This document shows, piece by piece, positions 27,531 through 38,918 of a stretch of 64,000 nucleotides of DNA. The stretch covers positions 25,544,001-25,608,000 of the forward strand of contig OZ024749.1 in the NCBI GenBank assembly GCA_964016885.1. The letters run 5' to 3'. Positions within the stretch are counted from its first letter, which is position 1. Each line of letters starts with the position of its first letter. The translations under genes were made by a program, and so were the position numbers. The notes below the pieces were generated by a model. The model worked only from the letters and a program-made list of their open reading frames with translations. It searched no databases and was not told the origin of the DNA. This stretch comes from Eledone cirrhosa. Taxonomy: Eukaryota.

Positions 27531-30500
27531 ATGACCTCACTCAGAATAGGCAGCATAAATGCGCGTAGCTTGGGGTCGTCATGGAAGCAGGGCCACCTGC
27601 TCAACGACCTCAGGTCACTAGACATAGATGTAGTGGCCATCAGCGAGACCAGAATCTCCGAAGCACAGGTTTCACACCGATCTTCGGCGGCTACGATGTG
27701 TACGCATCTCCCAGCCGTCCGGGATCGGGGGGAGGAGTTGCTGTGCTTTTTCGGAGAGGTTTGGATCTTGCCATACGGGCCATCTTCCTGGACCCAGAAG
27801 GTAAGTTGGTGGTGCTGGACGTGACCAGCGGAGACGGGCAAGCTTTCAGGTTAGTGGCCGTCTATGCCCCGACAGGAGCAGGGCGGCCTGATTTCTTCCG
27901 GCGTCTGGAGACCTTTCTTGGAACGTCTCGCTCTTTAGTGTTAGTGGGCGACTGGAACGGGATCTTAGATGCACGCTGGGATTGTGTGGGATTAGTGGAT
28001 AGGGAAGGAGGGTGCAAGAGTCTCACCAACCTGCTCAGACGTTTTGAACTGTCTGACAGGTGCCGAATGGATTTCCCGAATGTACCAATGTGGACTTGGA
28101 CAAATCGCATAGGGTCATCCAGATCATATCTAGATAGTGTATTTTGTAGGGAAATAGATAGGTCTAGCATAGGCTGTCCACAATTCAAAATAGTCAGCTA
28201 CACGGACCACAAATTCGTGATCTGTGTGCTTGACTTAGATAGGCTTCATAGGCGAGGACCCGGCTACTGGAAGCTAAACGCGTTCTTACCAGCGCGCAAG
28301 GCCTACAGAGACCGGATTAGCGAACTAGTTAAGCGGGCGTTGACGGGAGCCATCGTCAACAACAAGTGGTGGTTTGCTCTGAAAAGAGCAATTAGAATAG
28401 AGTCCATTAGGTTTAGTAAGACTTTAGCAATAGAGAAAAATAGAACAGAGGGAGAACTAGTTAGAAAATTAGATGAGGCGCTTAGCAAAGGCATCGCGAC
28501 CGACGTACTTGCGGCGAAATTGGCCCTTGACCAATTCTTCAAAGCAAAGCACGAAGGCTGCGTTGTCAGAGCTAGGGTGCGTGCTCTCAGACACGAGGGG
28601 ACGAAAGCCGTTCAATGGGCCCGAGTGGCGGAGGCGCGTCGTGGCAACAAAGCCACGATCCGGTCTTTGGTGGACCACGACGGGCGCATGCTACTCGATC
28701 CCGGGCAAATGTGTGAAGCTTTTCAGCGACACTTCGCTCAACTGTTCGGGGGCAGTGGCGGGCCGGATCGAGGGATGGACTTTAGTGTCTACTTCGACGG
28801 ACTGCCGCGGCTTTCGGCCACTGAGGCGGAGTGTTGCGAAAAGCCGATAACAACCGCTGAAGTACGGGATGCAATGACTAGTTGCACAAGGGCTAAATCG
28901 CCTGGTTTGGATGGTCTGCCCTATGAACTTTACGTACAAATGCCAAACTTGTTCGGAGGCCTCTAGGCGGACGTCTACTGCAACTGGCAACAGAACGGGA
29001 GAATTCCCAGCTCTGTAAGCCGAGGAGCGGTGGCGCTGCTGAGAAAGGATCCGAACAAGGGGGATAACATAGATAATTTTAGGCCCATAACTCTGCTAAA
29101 CACAGAGTTTAAGATTTTGGCCAAGGTGCTAGCAAAGAGGTTGGCGCTTGTCGTTGGTGGTCTGGTGGGAGAGGCACAGACATGCGCCATTCCCGACAGA
29201 TCCATCCACGACAACCTCGACCTCATGCGATACATCGTAGAGAGGGTAGCTAGGGAACCTGGCACGGTGGGTCTTTGATCAATTTAGATCAGTCGAAAGC
29301 CTTCGATAGGGTCGACCATCGTTACCTAGAGGCAGTCCTGAGGGCGGCTGGCTTTGGGCCCGTCTTCAGAGGCTGGATCGCTGCCATGCACAGCGACATC
29401 TGCTCTGTAGTGAGAGTGAACGGTCACCTTTCGGAACCGTTCAACATCATGCGCTCGGTCCGCCAAGGATGTCCCCTCTCGTCCCTATTGTACGTATTGA
29501 CTCTCGAGCCATTACTGCACAAACTGGAGACGTTGAGGGGGATCCCGCGCGAACTAAGATGCGGAAGATCCGTGTCAGCATATGCCGACGATGTCACCGT
29601 AGTGGTGTCGATCGCCAAACACATCGAGGCGATCGGCACTACACTAAGAGAATACGAAGCGGTGACAGGTGCAATGATCAACCAAGAAAAGTCAGTCGGC
29701 CTGCAGCTCGGCACCTGGAGAGGCAGGTCCATGCCGTCCAACAGCGTCGTCGGGCGCTGGACAGACGGACCGGTTAAATTGCTAGGGGTCTGGTTCGGTC
29801 CAGACCTCCAGACGGACAAAAACTGGGACGAGGTGACGAGCAGGGTGGCTTCTCTCACCCAGAATTGGGCGGAGAGGTAGCTATCCCTGAAAGGTCGAGC
29901 GGAGGTGGCTAACGCGTACATCACGTCCGTCATCTACTACCGCCTGACCGTCGTACCTTGTCCTAAGCCCCGCCTGACTGCGCTGGAGCGTTTGCTCTTT
30001 CGCTTCTTGTGGAAGGGACGCGCTCCGATGGTCAGGCGGTCCATCTGCTGTCAACACACGCTACGTGGAGGGCTGGGCATGCCGTGGCTGATGATGCGCA
30101 GACACGCGCTCAGGTTACGACATCTCCACCTCTTCCTCGACGGTGATCAGGTGTGGTCGCCGTTTGCTAGACACGTTTTTCCCCAGCTCGTCTCCTTGAC
30201 GGAGCTGCAGTCCTGGGTCAAGCGAAGACCGAGAGGGAGCGCTTGGAGACTGGAATGTCTTCAGGCGCTCACAGCCCTCGACCAATCGGGCAATGTGATC
30301 GGTGGAAACTCCACCTTGGCGTTCTATAGGGGATTAGTGGAGGGGAAGAGCGACGACGTACTTGGAGAAACTCTAGGCGTCGACGAAAATCAACTAGCCA
30401 ATCTCTTCGGAAGGACTTTCGGGCCGGGGCCTATGGACAACTTCCAGAAATCCCTGGCCTGGCAGTGCTATCGGGGTGCTTTGCCAGTTCGGGATAAACT

Positions 30501-30948
30501 TTACAGGCATGGAGGTGCCGTCAGCCGGGCATGTCCGAGATGCGCACAGGGCGACGAAACCGTCCTGCACGCACTCGTCCAGTGTCCGAGCATTGCTGAC
30601 TTGTGGGTTTATGTCGAACACCTGCTGTCACGTGTAGGACGGATCCAGCTATCAGCTGAGTCCATCGTGAGAATTGCCCCGCCCTCTTCCTTTAGCCTGG
30701 AAGGGCAGCCAGTTTTTATCTGTCTGGTGGCCATGGCGAAAGAGATAGTATGGTGGACACGTTTGAAAGGGCTGAAGACGAGCACTTACCTCTTCGGTGA
30801 TGCCCTGATTAACTTTTTCAAATTTCATCTGAAAAGGAAAATCAGGGTAGAGAGGGAAGTGCTCTCTTCCCAGCATTTTGTTGAAAGATGGGTGAGAGAA
30901 GCAAGTATGGCCCGAATGAATGGGCCTTCTCTGAGTATGTGTCTGTAA
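27531..30948 (+). pseudogene. LINE ORF2 (APE endonuclease, reverse transcriptase, C-terminal zinc motif), disrupted
   Basis: GDWN, YTDH, KSPGLDG, FRPITLLN, KAFDRV, QGCPLS, YADD; frameshifts at ~27667 and ~29270, stops at 28964 and 29878. Confidence 0.95.
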
Positions 30949-31423
30949 ATTAAAGGTGGAAAACTGGGAGAGGGCACTTGCCCTGGTGGTCAGGGCCACT
31001 GTGGTTTTTTAATGGGCTTTCTCCACAAATGTCCATCGGAAGTCTCCCCCCTATTGGGGAATTTTTCTTTGTTATTTTATTTCATCCTCTGTTTTTTTTA
31101 CACGCAGAAATGCCCATTTGTACCGTCCTGTATTGTCCTGTACTGTCCTTAATGTCTACGTTATGTAAACCCTTGTGGTTAATAAAGAAAACATTATTAT
31201 TATTATTATTGAATGCCATGCTTGACGGAGGCTCGGCTCTGTAAGGTATAGTAATTTTTAACCGTTAAAACAATTGTAAATTGTTTAAAACTTGAACCAA
31301 ATTGTTGATAAAGACACCCTCCTCCTCGTGAGAGGGGTCTTTCTGTCCGTTATTTGGCCCTTCGGGGTTAAATAACCAGTTATTGGGGTTTTGTACCCAA
31401 AATTTCATTTTAAACAAAAAAAC

Positions 31424-33520
31424 ATGGCTACGAAAAAGAAATTTCATACGTCACTCCCACTCATTCCGTCTTCTTCTTCCTCAATCATCACTACAGCAGA
31501 GAGAAGATTGTCTCTCTCCCTCCCTTCTTTAAATGTGTCTCTCTCCCTCCCTTCTCTTTCGCAAGCGACGAAAGAAAAGAAAAGTCTCGTGCAAAGCGTG
31601 CAAGGTTTCTCCACGACGACGACGACAGCAACGAAACAGGTGTGCGGGAAATACGAAAACCCAGTTCATTCGTCTGACGTCAGGAATAATAGCAGTAGCA
31701 GCCGTAATAACAACAGCAACAGTGACAATGAAAACAACAGTAGCAGCCGCAACAGCATCACCAGCAGCATAAACAACAACAGCATTAGCAGCAGCAACAC
31801 CAACAACAACCACAGCAACAGCGGCGGAGGCAGTAGTCGTAGTACCTGCAGCAACAACAAAAGTACCAGCAGCTCTGACGACAACAACAACAGCAGAGAA
31901 AAACCAATCTCATTTGCAGGTATTGCGAAAAACTTGGAAACAATCCTCATAACAAATGAGGAATTAGAGGAAGCGAAGAAGATGGTGACAAAGAACGGAC
32001 ACCGAGCAATCTGCAAGGCAGCGGAAAAATTTTTCGAAACCCAAGAGCACTGTACGGTCACGTACCGTACAGTAAGTACAAAATCCCGTAGGGTGGAAAG
32101 AGCCACAGAGGCCCAAATACAAAAAGCCTTGGGGTCTGTGTGGCAGCGGAAAACGCACATCACCCGAGGCAAAAAATATGCCACCGTAGACGTACTTTTT
32201 GCCACACCCCAGGAGGCAAAGGCCCAATCAGTAGTGACCCTAAGGAGCGAGGAAATGGTGTTGGTGCCCTCCTACTGTGGGCAAAAAATTGTGAGGGTCA
32301 AACTGACCCACGTCCCCCCCGGAATGACCCCTTCTTGGCTGGCCGCGTCTGTCCTCGTCGGAATCGAGGACAAAACAACTGTACTGCAAGTACAGAAAAA
32401 AGTAAGAGAAGATTGGGTCGGCTCCTCCATTGAGATGCTAATCCAAACCAACCAGGAGTGCATCGAAGCTATCCCGGATGTGATAGACTTCGATAACGGC
32501 ACTCAACTGCCCATAAGTGTTGAGGGCAAACGCCCGAAATGCTTTCGCTGTGGATCGAAGACTCACCTCAGGGCCTTCTGCAACGAGAAGACCCTGAGAA
32601 AGGAGAAAACCCCCCTCCTTCCGAATCCGGCTCCACGGCTACCAGCAACAGGACAAGCGGCAACCAGGAACGATAGGCCCGTGGCACCCATACCCACTCC
32701 ACGGAAATCAAAAACAGCAGCAGCAGTGGAAATACTAACAACAACAACAGCAATACCAAATGCAGCTGCAACAGAGACTCCAGTGCAAACATCACCAACA
32801 ACAACAAGTGAAAGAGTGGAGCTGGTACCCCTCCCCGACCTCACAGAATCAGACATGGAGTGTGAGGTGGGAGAGAGATGGCAAAAGGTCGTAAGAAGGC
32901 ACAAACGCAGAAGCAGCGCATCGTCGCCTTTGAAAAGGGAGGAAAGAAATGAGAAAAGGGTAAAGTCTACTGCAAAGAGACCCACAGCAGCAACAACACC
33001 AACACCATCACCACCCACACTAGCGCCACCATCACCACCGGCGACAACCCCACCGCCAACAACACCTTCAACACCACCACCACAAGCACCAACATCGCAA
33101 ACACAACAACAAAACACACACACCCAGCAACAACGACAAGAAAATAGCAGAACCACACCCCACCCCCAGAAAAACAAATGCACGGCAATAAATACACACA
33201 ACAAGAAACTAATGACTTACATAATTGAACACACAGACATTTCACAACAGGACTACATAATACCAGCACCAATCAAAACGCCAACTAACATAAGACTGCT
33301 AAAAATAGCACAGAAACAATACACAAATATTAAAACGAAATTCCCCAACGCAGTTGGTGATTTCAGGGACCTAGGAGGAACCATCAATCGAAGAGTATAC
33401 TCAGATATTCTCTTAGAAGAGCCGACGACCAGCCGAAGGGACGATTCAACGGTCCCTTCACCAGACGATCAAGTGAAAAGGGATGTAAAAACCATCCCTC
33501 CTCTACCAAAAGTACGGTAA
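31424..33520 (+). CDS. LINE ORF1 type b, 698 aa from the first ATG; nucleic-acid-binding gag-like protein
   Basis: Open frame; SFAGIAK motif, RRM-like region, CFRCGSKTHLRAFC knuckle, basic WQKVVRRHKRR motif, Pro/Thr-rich linker. Confidence 0.9.
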   Translation: MATKKKFHTSLPLIPSSSSSIITTAERRLSLSLPSLNVSLSLPSLSQATKEKKSLVQSVQGFSTTTTTATKQVCGKYENPVHSSDVRNNSSSSRNNNSNSDNENNSSSRNSITSSINNNSISSSNTNNNHSNSGGGSSRSTCSNNKSTSSSDDNNNSREKPISFAGIAKNLETILITNEELEEAKKMVTKNGHRAICKAAEKFFETQEHCTVTYRTVSTKSRRVERATEAQIQKALGSVWQRKTHITRGKKYATVDVLFATPQEAKAQSVVTLRSEEMVLVPSYCGQKIVRVKLTHVPPGMTPSWLAASVLVGIEDKTTVLQVQKKVREDWVGSSIEMLIQTNQECIEAIPDVIDFDNGTQLPISVEGKRPKCFRCGSKTHLRAFCNEKTLRKEKTPLLPNPAPRLPATGQAATRNDRPVAPIPTPRKSKTAAAVEILTTTTAIPNAAATETPVQTSPTTTSERVELVPLPDLTESDMECEVGERWQKVVRRHKRRSSASSPLKREERNEKRVKSTAKRPTAATTPTPSPPTLAPPSPPATTPPPTTPSTPPPQAPTSQTQQQNTHTQQQRQENSRTTPHPQKNKCTAINTHNKKLMTYIIEHTDISQQDYIIPAPIKTPTNIRLLKIAQKQYTNIKTKFPNAVGDFRDLGGTINRRVYSDILLEEPTTSRRDDSTVPSPDDQVKRDVKTIPPLPKVR

Positions 33521-33555
33521 GTGGTCTTTCCCATCTTTTCCACTCTATTTTAAAC

Positions 33556-36500
33556 ATGACCTCACTCAGAATAGGCAGCATAAATGCGCGTGGCTTGGGG
33601 TCGTCATGGAAGCAGGGTCACCTGCTCAACGACCTCAGGTCACTAAACATAGATGTAGTGGCCATCAGCGAGACCAGAATCTCCGAAGCACGGGCCTTCG
33701 CACCGATCTTCGGCGGCTACGATGTGTACGCATCTCCCAGCCGTCCTGGATCCGGTGGAGGACTTGCTGTGCTTTTTCGGAGAGGTTTGGATCTCGCCAT
33801 ACGGGCCATCTTCCTGGACCCAGAGGGTAAGCTGGTGGTGCTGGACGTGACCAGCGGAGACGGGCAAGCTTTCAGGCTAGTGGCCGTCTATGCCCCGACA
33901 GGAGCAGGGCGGCCTGATTTCTTCCGGCGTCTGGAGACCTTTCTTGGAACGTCCCGCTCTTTAGTGTTAGTGGGCGACTGGAACGGGATCTTAGATGCAC
34001 GCTGGGACTGTGTGGGATTAGCGGATAGGGGTGGAGGGTGCAAGAGCCTCACCAACCTGCTCAGGCGTTTTGAACTGTCTGACAGGTACCGATTGGATTT
34101 CCCGAATGTGCCAATGTGGACTTGGACAAACCGCATAGGGTCATCCAGATCATATCTAGATAGAGTATTTTGTAGGGAAATAGATAGGTCTAGCATAGGC
34201 TGTCCACAATTCAAGATAGTCAGCTACACGGACCACAAATTCGTGACCTGTGTGCTTGACTTAGATAGGCTTCATAGACGAGGACCCGGCTACTGGAAGC
34301 TAAACGCGTCCTTACCAGCGCGCAAGGCCTACAGAGACCGGATTAGCGAACTAGTTAAGCGGGCGTTGACGGGGGCCATCGTCAACAACAAGTGGTGGTT
34401 TGCTCTGAAAAGAGCGATTAGAATAGAATCGATTAGGTTTAGTAAGGCTTTAGCAATAGAGAAAAATAGAGCAGAGGGAGAACTAGTTAGAAAATTAGAC
34501 GAGGCGCTTAGCAAAGGCATTGCGACCGACGTGCTTGCGGCGAAATTGGCCCTTGACCAATTCTTCAATGCAAAGCACGAAGGCTGCGTTGTCAGAGCTA
34601 GGGTGCGTGCTCTCAGACACGAGGGGACGAAAGCCGTTCAATGGGCCCGAGTGGCGGAGGCGCGTCGTGGCAACAAAGCCACGATCCGGTCTTTGGTGGA
34701 CCACGACGGGCGCATGCTACTCGATCCCGGGCAAATGTGTGAAGCTTTTCAGCGACACTTCGCTCAGCTGTTCGGGGGCAGCGGGGGGCCGGGTAGAGGG
34801 ATGGACTTTAGTGTCTACCTCAACGGACTGCCGCGGCTCTCGGCCACTGAGGCGAAGTGTTGCGAAAAGCCGATAACAGCCGCTGAAGTAAGGGAGGCAA
34901 TGACTGGCTGCACAAGGGGTAAATCGCCTGGTTTGGATGGTCTGCCCTATGAACTTTACGTACAGATGCCAGACTTGTTCGGAGGCCTCTTGGCGGACGT
35001 CTACTGCAACTGGCAACAGAACGGGAGAATTCCCAGTTCTGTGAGCCGAGGAGCGGTGGCACTGCTGAGAAAGGATCCGAACAAGGGGGATAACATAGAA
35101 AATTTCCGGCCCATAACTCTGCTAAACACAGAGTTTAAGATTTTGGCCAAGGTGCTAGCAAAGAGGTTGGCGCTTGTCGTTGGTGGTCTGGTGGGAGAGG
35201 CGCAGACATGCGCCATTCCCGACAGATCCATCCACGACAACCTCCACCTCATGCGATACATCGTAGAGAGGGTAGCTAGGGAACCTGGCACGGGTGGGTC
35301 CTTGATCAATTTAGATCAGTCGAAAGCTTTCGATAGGGTCGACCATCGTTACCTAGCGGCAGTCCTGAGGGCGGCTGGCTTTGGGCCCGTCTTCAGAGGC
35401 TGGATCGCTGCCATGCACAGCGACATCTGCTCTGTGGTGAGAGTGAACGGTCACCTTTCGGAACCGTTCAACATCATGCGCTCGGTCCGCCAAGGATGTC
35501 CCCTCTCGTCCCTCTTGTACGTATTGACTCTCGAGCCATTACTGCACAAACTGGAGACGTTGAGGGGAGTCCCGCGCGAACTAGGATGCGGAAGATCCGT
35601 GTCAGCATATGCGGACGATGTCACCGTAGTGGTGTCGAACGCCAAACACATCGAGGCGATCGGCACTACACTAAGAGAATACGAAGCGGTGACAGGAGCA
35701 ATGATCAACCAAGAAAAGTCAGTGGGCCTGCAGCTCGGCACCTGGAGAGGCAGGTCCATGCCGTCCAACAGCGTCGTCGGGCGCTGGACGGACGGACCGG
35801 TTAAATTGCTAGGGGTCTGGTTCGGTCCGGACCTCCAGACGGACAAAAACTGGGACGAGGTGACGAGCAGGGTGGCTTCTCTCACCCAGAAATGGACGGA
35901 GAGGAAGCTATCCCTGAAAGGTCGAGCGGAGGTGGCTAACGCGTACATCGCGTCTGTCATCTGCTACCGCCTAACCGTCGTACCTTGTCCTAAGCCTCGC
36001 CTGACTGCGCTGGAGCGTTTGCTCTTTCGCTTTTTGTGGAAGGGACGTGCTCCGATGGTCAGGCGGTCCATCTGTTGTCAACACCCGCTACGTGGAGGGC
36101 TGGGCATGCCGTGGCTGATGATGCGCAGGCACGCGCTCAGGCTACGACATCTCCACCTCTTCCTCGACGGTGATCAGGTGTGGTCGCCGTTTGCTAGACG
36201 CGTCTTTCCCCAGCTCGTTTCCTTGACGGAGCTGCAGTCCTGGGTCAAGTGAAGACCGAGAGGGAGCGCCTGGAGACTGGAATGTCTTCAGGCGCTCACA
36301 GCCCTCGACCAATCGGGCAATGTGATCGGTGGAAACTCCACCTCGGCGTTCTATAGAGGATTAGTGGAGGGGAAGAGCGACGACGTACTTGGGGAAACTC
36401 TAGGCGTCGACGAAAATCAACTAGCCAATCTCTTCGGAAGAACTTTCGGGCCAGGGCCTATGGACAACTTCCAGAAATCTCTGGCCTGGCAGTGCTACCG

Positions 36501-36975
36501 AGGAGCCTTGCCAGTTCGGGATAAACTCTACAGGCATGGAGGTGCCGTCAGCCGGGCATGTCCGAGATGCGCGCAGGGCGACGAAACCGTCCTGCACGCA
36601 CTCGTCCAGTGTCCGAAAATTGATGACTTGTGGGTTTATGTCGAACACCTGCTGTCGCGTTTTGGACGGATCCAGCTATCATCTGAGTCTATCGTGAGGA
36701 TTGCCCCGCCCTCCTCCTTTAGCCGGGAAGGGCAGGCAGTTTTTATCTGTCTGGTGGCCATGGCGAAAGTGATAGTATGGTGGACACGTTTGAAAGGGCT
36801 GAAGACGAGCACTTACCTCTTCGGTGATGCTCTGATTGACTTTTTCAAATTTCATTTGAAAAGGAAAATCAGAGTAGAGAAGGAAGTGCTCTCTTCCCAG
36901 CATTTTGTTGAAAGATGGGTGAGAGAAGCAAGAATGGCCCGAGTGAATGGGCCGACTCTGAGTATATATCTGTAA
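33556..36975 (+). pseudogene. LINE ORF2 (APE-RT-zinc motif), 1139 codons with a single premature TGA at 36250-36252
   Basis: ORFs 33556-36252 and 36322-36975 are in the same frame; copy 1 has CGA (Arg) at the equivalent position. Confidence 0.95.
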
Positions 36976-37239
36976 ACTAAAGGTGGAAAACTGGGAGAGG
37001 GCACTTGCCTTGGTGGTCAGGGTCATTGTGGCTTTTTACTGGGCTTTCTCCACAAATGTCCCTCCGAAGTCTCCCCCCTATTGGGGAATTTTTCATTGTT
37101 ATTTTCATTGTTATTTTTGTTACATCCTCTGTTTTTGTTTTTTTTACACGCAGAAATGATGCCCATTTGTACCGTCCTGCATTGTCCTGCACTGTCCTTA
37201 ATGTCTACTTTATGTAAACCCTTGTGGTTAATAAAGAAA

Positions 37240-37286
<47 letters not shown>

Positions 37287-37788
37287 TTCTTATTAATAAT
37301 GCTTTGGTTGTTTCTGTTGTAGTAGTTGTTATGATTATATTAATAATGTTTATTATTATCATTATTACGTTGTTTTTATTAATATTGGGGTTGTTGATGT
37401 GATAAATAGTATCACTAATATTATTACCATTATTACTTTCTTATTATTATCATTATTTTCGTTTCTATGGTTGTTGTGTTTGTTGTTGCTATTATTAATA
37501 TTTTCATTTTGTTCTGATATTCGAGGAGTAGAAGTTGTTTGATTTATATAATTAAAGAGTGAGACGACTGGATATTTCAGTTCAGTGTTCTCAAATTAAA
37601 GGATAATTTATAGCTAAGATACACTGCTGTTATTGTCAATAACAGTTATCATTTCACCAACATTGGAATTATTACAGAATTACTTTTGATATCGATCGTA
37701 AATTGTTCAAACTTTTCAACTTACAATTTTTAGTTTAATCTTCTGACTGCCTTTTGTTTTTTGTTGTTTTATTTATTTCTCTATTTAA

Positions 37789-37876
<88 letters not shown>

Positions 37877-37889
37877 ATGTATTTATATG

Positions 37890-37922
<33 letters not shown>

Positions 37923-37974
37923 ATGTATATACTTGTTTATTTGCTTGAGGATGAGGTTTAATCATATTTCTATT

Positions 37975-38245
37975 CTAGTATTCTTCTTTTTCTTTTCCCT
38001 CTTCTTCTTCTCCTTCTTCTCCACCTTCTACTGCTTTTTCTTCTTCTACTTCTTTTTTCTTTTACTTCTACTTCTTTGTCTTTCTTCTTCTTCTTCTTCT
38101 TCTTCTTCTTCTTCTTCTTCTTCTTCTTCTTCTTCTTCTTCTTCTTCTTCTTTTCCTTCTTCTTCTTCCTCCCTCTCCACCTATTCATATTCTTCTAATC
38201 GTTCATTATTTCCTTCTTCTACTTCATCTTCTTCTTCTTCTTGGT
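37975..38245. repeat. (TTC)n microsatellite
   Basis: Read directly. Confidence 0.95.
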
Positions 38246-38918
38246 GACACATACTATATTGTTTTTGTTGTTGTTGTTGTGTCTTCAATATTTATTTCAT
38301 TTGTGTTTTGTTCACTAGGTTGGTATTTTTCACTGTTTTGGCTGCTGTTGTTGTAGTTGAGGTTGTCGTTCTTGCTGCTTTAGATAATATTTTGATATTG
38401 TTTCTGCTTGCCATTGGACAAATTATTCTAATTGTACACGTTTAAATCAACCAGGATAAGTTTTAAATCTTCATTAAGCGCCATATTTACATTTCACTGC
38501 GTCTGAGAGTACAGCAAATTTGTGAACAATATATTTATTTATTTTACAATGGTATTGTAGATATCGGCATGTGTAGGCAGAGGAGATCTTGTTCGGGGTT
38601 CGATTCCGCTTAGCATCTACTAACTATATTATAGTTTATGTATATTTATTTTTCATTTTATTCTTCTTTATTCAAGATTTATTACTAATGTCCAACAATT
38701 CTTACAAAAGATTCGGATATAAACATTTCAGAGGGGAAATCCACTCGACGATAAATCCAACAGAAAAAGTGTTGTCGTTGTTGATGCCTATAAAGATTTG
38801 ATGTGTGTGTGTGTGGGGGGGGGGGGTCTAAAAGGTTTTAAAAAATAACAAAAATAAGAAAAGAAACGGCACTGTACACGATGGAAGTAATATATTGTAA
38901 CTATTCCTTTATCATATA

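Larger units (their letters stand above)
25274..31210 (+). mobile_element. Full-length Tx1/L1-clade LINE, copy 1 (ORF1 type a), disrupted
   Basis: 5' UTR, ORF1, ORF2 (APE, RT, zinc motif), 3' UTR, AATAAA and (ATT)n tail; flanked by ATT tracts. Confidence 0.95.
31211..37280 (+). mobile_element. Full-length Tx1/L1-clade LINE, copy 2 (ORF1 type b), nearly intact
   Basis: Starts directly after the ATT tail of copy 1; intact ORF1, ORF2 with one nonsense codon, 3' UTR, ATT tail. Confidence 0.97.

Noticed and set aside
36250-36252. Programmed readthrough or selenocysteine at the in-frame TGA
   Set aside because: Copies 1 and 3 have CGA (Arg) here, so it is a simple C>T change
27479-37296. Antisense and alternative-frame ORFs over LINE ORF2 (e.g. 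108 aa MNCGQP.., 169 aa MTDVMY..) repeated in several copies
   Set aside because: Their recurrence only reflects near-identical DNA, and they have no independent motifs
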